A stretch of 64,000 bases of DNA from Eledone cirrhosa (lineage: Eukaryota), in NCBI GenBank assembly GCA_964016885.1, contig OZ024742.1, forward strand, positions 371,318,001 to 371,382,000. Direction: 5' to 3'. This document shows positions 14,985 through 22,800 of the stretch, in pieces. Below the pieces are notes generated by a model. That model had not been told where the DNA came from and made no database searches. It saw only the letters and a list, made by a program, of their open reading frames with translations. The position numbers and the translations under genes were made by a program. The stretch's first letter is position 1. Each line of letters starts with the position of its first letter.

Positions 14985-15351
14985 ATGTGTGACAAGTGAA
15001 GAGAAATGAAGCAAGTATGCTTCAATGAATGACTAAGCATGGGTGAGCTAAGAAAAAAAATTGGTTATAAGAATAATCAGATGTAGTGTGTAAGAGAAAA
15101 GACTGCGATTGTATGTGCACGTGATACATATGGAAGATATTTGATTGAAGTTCTGAGAGATATCATTGAAAGGAAGCTGCTGTAGAGGAAGACCTGGGCC
15201 GAAATGTTGAGAGCAGATCTCAAAATTCTAGACTTCACTGAGGAGATTGCAAAGGGAGACAATGAGTGGAAGGTGACTGTGCTAGAAAAGACCTAACTTA
15301 CACAAATGTGGAAAAGCAGATTTAAAGTATTGATGATGCCGATGATGATGA
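14945..15351 (+). mobile_element. Decayed 3' end of an RTE-clade LINE (post-RT C-terminal ORF region plus (TGA)n tail), contiguous with the last unit of satellite A
   Basis: Translation with stops and frameshifts gives MLHGSETWTVNVEDV*QVKRNEASMLQ*M...LVIRIIRCSV*EKRLRLYVHVIHMED...GSCCRGR/RKTWAEMLRADLKILDFTEEIAKGDNEWKVTVLEKT*. This follows the RTE motif order LYGSETW...E..MLR...RLRWxGHVxRM...GRPRKTW...D...W. TGATGATGCCGATGATGATGA tail at 15331-15351. Confidence 0.85.
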
Positions 15352-15397
15352 ATTTGCCGTGTTTTATTGTTAATCTTTCTTTCTTTTTGTTTTGCAG

Positions 15398-15529
15398 GCC
15401 CTATCACAGAAGACCCTGGAAATGTTAATGGGGGTAGATCTATCTAAACAAAGCAACAATAATTTACCCACAGACATGCCAATGGTAACGTTTGCTTACA
15501 TCAAACATATGTGGCTCTGTAATCAAAAG
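15398..15529 (+). CDS. MTOR: mTOR (serine/threonine-protein kinase TOR) internal coding exon, FAT domain; 132 bp, phase 0/0
   Basis: Polypyrimidine tract plus TTTGCAG acceptor and AAG|GTAAGT donor. Encodes ALSQKTLEMLMGVDLSKQSNNNLPTDMPMVTFAYIKHMWLCNQK, which aligns without gaps to human mTOR ALAHKTLVLLLGVDPSRQLDHPLPTVHPQVTYAYMKNMWKSARK (recalled from memory). Confidence 0.93.
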
Positions 15530-15670
15530 GTAAGTCTACTACAGTTCTCATGAAATACACTGAGTTTCAATTAGTTAACTCAGAATGTCCTGTACCCCAT
15601 TAGCAAGACATTTTTGTATAAAATTAACAGAAAATATGCCCTTTAGGTGGTATTTCGGCTACTTTGCTCC

Positions 15671-15880
15671 ATAATGATGATAATGGTTTCTGATTTAGGC
15701 ACAAGACCCGCAATTTTGGAGGTGGGGAAAATTATTAAATCAACCCCAGTATATGACTGCTACTTTTGGCACAAGGCCAGCAATTAGCCCAGTGCATTAC
15801 TGGTGCTTTATTTTATCGACCTTGAAAGGATGAAAGGCAAAACTAACCTCAGCGGGATTTGAACTCAGAATGTAAAGGGC
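15671..15880 (-). mobile_element. tRNA-derived SINE remnant with Nin/Deu-domain-like core
   Basis: The minus strand reads CTTTACATTCTGAGTTCAAATCCCGCTGAGG (B box GAGTTCAAATCC), then TTTGCCTTTCATCCTTTCAAGGTCGATAAAATAAAGCACCAG (Nin/Deu-like core). A (CAT/TAT)-type tail lies at 15671-15685. Confidence 0.7.
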
Positions 15881-16030
15881 TGGCAATAATACTTCTCAGA
15901 ATTAAATTATGACATAACTAATGACATGTAATAAAGTTAGTATTAACATCAACACACCATTTGAATTAACTCATTTTCAGATATTTTCTACTAAATTATT
16001 GTAGGATGTTAAGAGTTAACAAACCCATTT

Positions 16031-16257
16031 TTAACCCTTTAGCATTTAAACTAACCGTATCTGGCTAGAATTCTCTCACCTTTTTCTGTTCAAACTGGAC
16101 ATAACTGGCTGCTCATAGTGATGTTAAGGTATTGTTCTCAAAATAAATAACATCAAAATCTCAGATTCGATACTATGTGAGATAATTATGTAAGATAAAG
16201 TGTTTACCACCAAAATACAATAGTATATATAGAGTAATGTAAATGCTAAAGGGTTAA
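16031..16257. mobile_element. piggyBac-family MITE (219 bp, 16035-16253) flanked by TTAA target duplications
   Basis: TTAA|CCCTTTAGCATTTA ... TAAATGCTAAAGGG|TTAA: a 14-bp perfect TIR with TTAA TSDs and no ORF. Confidence 0.9.
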
Positions 16258-16360
16258 ACATTTTCTGCTAAATCATTACTTCATGTTAAGAGTTAAAGAT
16301 CTCTCATAATGTCATCAGTGTCAAGATACAATAAAAATTATTTTTTCTTCAATAAAACAG

Positions 16361-16476
16361 CAAGACAGTTTTTTAGCCTTGCAACAATTTATTCATCAAA
16401 CCCTGCGACAAAGTGAAGTCTTGTCATCCACTGGAGATGCAGCTGCCCTCACAGAACTTCGTAAGCTGTTAGCCAG
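16361..16476 (+). CDS. MTOR: mTOR internal coding exon, FAT domain; 116 bp, phase 0/2
   Basis: TTTTTTCTTCAATAAAACAG acceptor and CAG|GTAAGG donor. Encodes QDSFLALQQFIHQTLRQSEVLSSTGDAAALTELRKLLA(R), same length as human IDAFQHMQHFVQTMQQQAQHAIATEDQQHKQELHKLMAR and in frame with both neighbouring exons. Confidence 0.88.
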
Positions 16477-16597
16477 GTAAGGTCAGCTTTCTGAATTTTT
16501 TTGTAGTGTGGAACTCATGTAGCTCATTACTGGAAAACACACTTGCTTAAGGTATTTTAAGGTATTATTATTTTAATCACTTAGATTTGAGGGGAAA

Positions 16598-16712
16598 GCA
16601 TGTAGCCTAGTGGTTAGGGTGTTGGGCCTTTGATCATAAAGATCATTGGTTTGTTTGCCTAGAATGGACAGCACATTGTGTTCTTGAGCAAGGGGCTTCA
16701 TTATGCATTGCT
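16598..16712 (+). mobile_element. Degenerate tRNA-headed SINE (CORE-like); may extend to ~16820
   Basis: A-box-like TAGCCTAGTGGTTAGGG head, a degenerate B box, then TTGTGTTCTTGAGCAAGGGGCTTCATT resembling the CORE motif TGTGxCCTTGGGCAAGxCACTT. Confidence 0.55.
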
Positions 16713-16848
16713 TTTCATGATAGGAAGTTTCTTTGGTGTTTTAATAATGCACCCAGTCCTATGAGATGCAACCCTGGAGGAGACGAGCTAAACCTGCAAA
16801 AGTATGAACATTTGATTAGAGGCAGTTTTGAGCAGGTTATTTAAAGGA

Positions 16849-18325
16849 TTAACCCTTTAGCATTCAAAGCGACAAAAACCGACAAGATTATGTCCCCTTT
16901 CATTTATTCAAACCGACAAAAACCGACATTTAATACCACACGGAGATTTCCTTCTAAAAATAAACATTGACATCATCGAAATCTCGTCAATTCGAGATTA
17001 CTGCGAGATAAAGCCCTTACGTGCGAAAATTAACTCTTAGTATAGTTAAAGAACTTGCGATAACACGTGTTTTTAACGTTGAAAGTGTAACATGGCTTCC
17101 GAAAGTAGCGACAACGAATTTGAAGGTTTTACGTCCGACGACATTCGAGATCAAAAAGAAACAGAAGATAATATCAGTGATTTATCTTCAAACGAATCAG
17201 ATATATTTATTTCTGATATATCTGATAATGATGATAGTTACTTTGAAAGTGAAAGAGAAGATTTGACTGACACCATTGAAAAAATAGCAACGTGGTTGAA
17301 AGAAACAACATCGATACATGTTTCGGATTTTACTGAAAATATTGGACCACAACACACATTACCACCCGATGCTAAAGCACTGGATTATTATTTTTTATTT
17401 TTACCACAATCTTTCTTCGAAGTTGTGGCAAATCGCTATGCACAACAACAAATTTCTAATATCGGAAAACCTGATCTGTTATGTTGTTCGACAGATTCTG
17501 CCGATATGAAAGCGTTTTTTACCATAAATATTATGTTTGGTATTAAACAATTTCCACGACTGTGGAATTATTGTAGTACTGATATAAGGTTTGGTGACCC
17601 TTATATATCTAGTATTATGGCAAAAACGAGATTCATTAAATTAAACCAGTATTTGCATCTGGTTGATACTTCAAATGCCCCTGGTAGAAATGAATCAAAT
17701 TACGACCCACTGTACAAAGTACGACCATTAATTGAAATATTGTCAGAAAAATTTAAAAGTGTGTATAAACTTATATATTGGGAACTTTCTATTACGTAAT
17801 TTTACACCGTACATTTACAGAGTACATTGCCAATATTATTTTGACCGGTGAAAAGGTTTTATACATTTTTTTCAATGAAAATATTTGCCTGAAATGTAGA
17901 GAAAGACTAAAACCTTGTACTGATTACACCTGCATTTTTAATTAATTCACCTGTTCAGAAAACTGCTAGAATTGATGGAAATCAGCATCTAGGTCATTAT
18001 TGGATTTTTTTGCAACAAATCTAACAGATAAGGCAGATAAAGTTTAAATTTTTGTGTTTATCCATAAAGTTATTACTTTTACACCTGTTAATTAATTTCA
18101 CCTGCCCATAAAAGTCAAATTTAACAAAAAAAATCAGGTAAAAATATATAATTGTAAATTATAGTTATTTAAACATCTACTGACAAAATTTCAAGTCTGC
18201 ACATATAAAATTAAAGTAATTACAAACAAATAAAATTGATAACCCTCTTGAGTATAATTAAGTGAAAATAATGCGAATAGATGAACATGACATTTGACAA
18301 TTCAATGTGAATGCTAAAGGGTTAA
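16849..18325 (+). mobile_element. Non-autonomous, internally deleted piggyBac transposon (16853-18321, 1469 bp) with TTAA TSDs
   Basis: TTAA|CCCTTTAGCATTCA ... TGAATGCTAAAGGG|TTAA (14-bp perfect TIR). A 23-bp subterminal direct repeat ATTCAAA(G/C)CGACAAAAACCGACA occurs at 16862 and 16906, and a transposase ORF lies inside. Confidence 0.92.
17092..17799 (+). pseudogene. Truncated piggyBac transposase (PGBD-like, N-terminal 235 aa); catalytic DDD core absent
   Basis: Acidic D/E/S-rich N-terminus, then piggyBac hallmarks LDYYFLFL..., MKAFFTINIMFGI...P.L.NY.S.D...I..IM.K.RF..L..YLHL.D, DPLYKVRPLIE.LSEKF..VY. Similarity ends just before the expected IDE catalytic motif. Confidence 0.88.
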
Positions 18326-18330
18326 AGCGT

Positions 18331-18420
18331 GACTCATTTCATTCATTAGACTACAGCCTTTACAGGGGTTTAGTCAATCATATCAACCTCCCTAAGTTTG
18401 GTACAAATTTTATATCTTTT
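18331..18420 (-). mobile_element. Possible highly degenerate SINE fragment
   Basis: TTTAGTCAATCATATCAACCTCC...TGGTACAAATTTTAT loosely resembles ATCAACCCCAGT...CTGGTGCTTTATTTTAT in the 15671-15880 SINE. Confidence 0.3.
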
Positions 18421-18589
18421 TTTAAACCTTTAAATTCAGAGCTACTGCACTGCAGCATTTCAGAGTTACAGAGCGGCAACATTTTGATGTGTGTGGTACT
18501 AATACAATGACTGCACAGCTCTACTGCCTAAAGGGAACATTACAGGGGGAAGAATCTGCAACCATATGGTTGTGACATTTCATTGTAAA

Positions 18590-18870
18590 CATCATCATCA
18601 TCATCATCATCATCATCACTGTTTTACGTCCGTTCTTCCACGCTAGCATGGGTTAGACGGGTTATCCTGTTGTGGGCAGTGTCTGGTCGGCTGACCATGC
18701 CTTGTTCATACAGGAACTGATTTGGCTTGATTTCTACAGCTGGATGCCCTTCCTAACACCAACCTCATTTACAGTGAGTGCTGGGTGCTTTTTCGTGGCG
18801 CCTACACGTCCACTATACAGTGTGGGCTGGGTGCTTTTTTGCCGTGGCACCTCCACGACCACCTTGCAGT
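18590..18870 (-). mobile_element. RTE-tailed non-autonomous retroelement (SINE or deleted LINE), antisense, with (CAT)9 tail
   Basis: (CAT)9 at 18590-18616. The adjacent minus-strand AACCCATGCTAGCGTGGAAGAACGGACGTAAAACAGTGATGATG resembles the RTE tail at 15295-15338 (AACTTACACAAATGTGGAAAAGCAGATTTAAAGTATTGATGATG). Internal GGTTGGTGTTAGGAAGGGCATCCAGCTGTAGAAA motif. Confidence 0.7.
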
Positions 18871-19025
18871 GGGGGGTGTGGGGGCATATTGTCTATATGC
18901 TTCAGCTTGTACCCATGGGAGGTCGGGTACTCTGTATTACTGCGTGACGCCAGAGGTCACGGTCTTGTCAAACAATTTTTTCTTATTAATTATTCTTAAT
19001 TATTTTTACTGTGGAAATTTTCCAG

Positions 19026-19143
19026 ATGCTACTTAAAACAAGGAGATTGGTTATTGGAATTAAACGGTATTGATGACAACTCAATTGCAAAAGCTTTAGA
19101 GAGTTTTAAAATGGCTCAGGACAGAAACAAGAATTGGTATAAA
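19026..19143 (+). CDS. MTOR: mTOR internal coding exon, FAT domain; 118 bp, phase 2/0
   Basis: TTTTCCAG acceptor and AAA|GTAAGT donor. Encodes (R)CYLKQGDWLLELNGIDDNSIAKALESFKMAQDRNKNWYK versus human RCFLKLGEWQLNLQGINESTIPKVLQYYSAATEHDRSWYK, and completes the split Arg codon AG|A from the previous exon. Confidence 0.93.
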
Positions 19144-19577
19144 GTAAGTGATCCATGATGGTTTTAAACGTATTTTATTTTCATTTATTTATGTTTGTAT
19201 ATGAAGTTAGTAGGAAGGAACCATCTTAATTTTATAAAATGTTTGTGAGTAGAGTAAAGAATGATTGATATCTATGACGTTTAGGTTTGCATAATAAGAC
19301 TCATAAACTATAGTTATACGTGTTTTAAGGCCTTTTACCCTGGCAATGCAGGGGTTAGTTTTGCAGGCCCCCATGACAGACTTCATATTCATCATGGGGT
19401 CCTTTTAAAGGCAATGTTTTCCAGCCTGATGCCCTCTTTGGTTTCAACCCTTTTTGTCACCACTCATGGCACAAGGTTATGGTGTACCTATTCTAAACTT
19501 GATACACAATGCTATATACTGTAGTTGTGTCTATATTAAATAATGATTTTCTAATATATATATTATTTTACTTCATT

Positions 19578-19800
19578 TTTGGCAGAGGTTTTCTGGCTGG
19601 ATTCCTTTCCTAATCACCAGTCATTTTATAGAATAGACAGAATGCTTTTTATGAGACTAGAGATGTTGTCTGCCAACACTGAAGAGTCCTCTTGACCTTG
19701 TGTCTTTTTTTATTCAGTGTGACTTTCTTAGATGGGTTGCTTTCACTACAACATGCAAAGCCCATGTCTTCCTCATGCAGTCTTATTTATTTGGAATTTA
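19578..19800 (-). mobile_element. Diverged fragment of the same RTE-related element as 18590-18870, directly abutting satellite B
   Basis: TTTGGCAGAGGTTTTCTGGCTGGATTCCTTTCCTAATCACCAGTCATTTTATAG (19578) aligns with TTTGGCTTGATTTCTACAGCTGGATGCCCTTCCTAACACCAACCTCATTTACAG (18721). How far the homology extends past ~19650 is uncertain. Confidence 0.55.
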
Positions 19801-22800
19801 CTGTTCTCCTAGACACCTTACCTTCTCCACAACAGTTAACTGCTCTCCTAGACACCCTACCTTCTCCACAACAGTTAACTGCTCTCCTAAACACTCTACC
19901 TTCTCCACAACAGTTAACTGCTCTCCTAGACACCCTACCTTCTCCACAGTAAAGTTAACTGCTCTCCTAGACACCCTACCTTTTCTACAGCAAAGTTAAC
20001 TGCTCTCCTAGACACCCTACCTTCTCCACAGTAAAGTTAACTGCTCTCCTAGACACCCTACCTTCTCCACTACAAAGTTAACTGCTCTCCTAGACACTTG
20101 ACCTTCTCCACAACAAAGTTTACTGCTCTCCTAGACACCCTACCTTATCCACAACAAAGTTAACTGCTCTCCTAGACACCCTACCTTCTCCACAACAAAA
20201 TTAACTGCTCTCCTAGACACCCTACCTTCTCCACAACAAAATTAACTGCTCTCCTAGACACCCTACCTTCTCCACAGTAAAGTTAACTGCTCTCCTAGAC
20301 ACCCTACCTTCTCCACAACAGTTAACTGCTCTCCTAGACACCCTACCTTCTCCACAACAAAGTTAACTGCCCTCCTAGACACCCTACCCTCTCCACAACA
20401 GTTAACTGCTCTCCTAGACACCCTACCTTCTCCACAACAAAGTTAACTTCCCTCCTAGACACCCTACCCTCTCCACAACAGTTAACTGCTCTCCTAGACA
20501 CCCTACCTTCTCCACAACAAAGTTAACTGCTCTCCTAGACACCCTACCTTCTCCACTACAAAGTTAACTGCTCTCCTAGACACCCTACCTTTCTCCACAG
20601 TAAAGTTAACTGCTCTCCTAGACACCCTACCTTCTCCACAACAGTTAACTGCTCTCCTAGACACCCTACCTTCTCCACAACAGTTAACTGCTCGCCTAGA
20701 CACCCTGCCTTCTCCACTACAAAGTTAACTGCTCTCCTAGACACCCTACCTTCTCCACAGTAAAGTTAAATGCTCTCCTAGACACCCTACCTTCTCCACA
20801 GTAAAGTTAACTGCTCTCCTAGACACCCTACCTTCTCCACAGTAAAGTTAACTGCTCTCCTAGACACCCTACCTTCTCCACAGTAAAGTTAACTGCTCTC
20901 CTAGACACCAGACCTTCTCCACAACAAAGTTTACTGCTCTCCTGGACACCCTACCTTATCCACAACAAAGTTAACTGCTCTCCTAGACACCCGACCTTCT
21001 CCACAACAGTTAACTGCTCTCCTAGACACCCTACCTTCTCCACAACAAAGTTAACTGCTCTCCTACACACCCTACCTTCTCCACTACAAAGTTAACTGCT
21101 CTCCTAGACACCCTACCTTCTCCACTACAAAGTTAACTGCTCTCCTAGACACCCTACCTTCTCCACAGTAAAGTTAACTGCTCTCCTAGACACCCTACCT
21201 TTTCCACAGCAAAGTTAACTGCTCTCCTAGACACCCTACCTTCTCCACAGTAAAGTTAACTGCTCTCCTAGACACCCTACCTTCTCCACACTAAAGTTAA
21301 CTGCTCTCCTAGACACCCTACCTTCTCCACAACAGTTAACTGCTCTCCTAGACACCCTACCTTCTCCACAACAAAGTTAACTGCTCTCCTAGACACCCTA
21401 CCTTTTCCACAGTAAAGTTAACTGCTCTCCTAGACACCCTACCTTCTCCACTACAAAGTTAACTGCTCTCCTAGACACTTGACCTTCTCCACTACAAAGT
21501 TAACTGCTCTCCTAGACACTTGACCTTCTCCACTACAAAGTTAACTGCTCTCCTAGACACCAGACCTTCTCCACAACAAAGTTTACTGCTCTCCTAGACA
21601 CCCTACCTTATCCACAACAAAGTTAACTGCTCTCCTAGACACTTGATCTTCTCCACTACAAAGTTAACTGCTCTCCTAGACACCCTACTTTCTCCACAAC
21701 AGTTAACTGCTCTCCTAGACACCCTACCTTCTCCACAACAGTTAACTGCTCTCCTAGACACCCTACCTTCTCCACAACAGTTAACTGCTCGCCTAGACAC
21801 CCTGCCTTCTCCACTACAAAGTTAACTGCTCTCCTAGACACCCTACCTTCTCCACAGTAAAGTTAAATGCTCTCCTAGACACCCGACCTTCTCCACAGTA
21901 AAGTTAACTGCTCTCCTAGACACCCTACCTTCTCCACAACAAAGTTAACTGCTCTCATAGACACTTGACCTTCTCCACTACAAAGTTAACTGCTCTCCTA
22001 GACACTTGACCTTCTCTACTACAAAGTTAACTACTCTCCTAGACACTCTACCTTCTCCACAACAGTTAACTGCTCTCCTAGACACCCTACCTTCTCCACT
22101 GTAAAGTTAACTGCTCTCCTAGACACCCAACCTTCACAACAAAGTTAACTGCTCTCCTAGACACCCTACTTTCTCCACAACAGTTAACTGCTCTCCTAGA
22201 CACCCTACCTTCTCCACAACAGTTAACTGCTCTCCTAGACACCCTACCTTCTCCACAACAGTTAACTGCTCGCCTAGACACCCTGCCTTCTCCACTACAA
22301 AGTTAACTGCTCTCCTAGACACCCTACCTTCTCCACAGTAAAGTTAAATGCTCTCCTAGACACCCGACCTTCTCCACAGTAAAGTTAACTGCTCTCCTAG
22401 ACACCCTACCTTCTCCACAGTAAAGTTAACTGCTCTCCTAGACACCCTACCTTCTCCACAGTAAAGTTAACTGCTCTCCTAGACACCAGACCTTCTCCAC
22501 AACAAAGTTTACTGCTCTCCTAGACACCCTACCTTATCCACAACAAAGTTAACTGCTCTCCTAGACACCCGACCTTCTCCACAACAAAGTTAACTGCTCT
22601 CCTAGACACCCTACCTTCTCTACAACAAAGTTAACTGCTCTCCTACACACCCTACCTTCTCCACTACAAAGTTAACTGCTCTCCTAGACACCCTACCTTC
22701 TCCACTACAAAGTTAACTGCTCTCCTAGACACCCTACCTTCTCCACAGTAAAGTTAACTGCTCTCCTAGACACCCTACCTTTTCCACAGCAAAGTTAACT

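Noticed and set aside
16598-16680. tRNA gene
   Set aside because: The A box is present but the B box is degenerate and no cloverleaf is apparent. It is followed by a SINE-type core.
16849-18325. Autonomous active piggyBac or domesticated PGBD gene
   Set aside because: The element is only 1.47 kb, the ORF stops before the catalytic aspartates and lacks the C-terminal Cys-rich domain, and retained TIRs/TSDs indicate a transposon copy.
18307-19395. Short ORFs at 18307, 18672, 18778, 18785 and 19207 (also 15077, 17021, 17318)
   Set aside because: None has a recognisable product. They overlap TE remnants or intron, or are alternative frames of the transposase.
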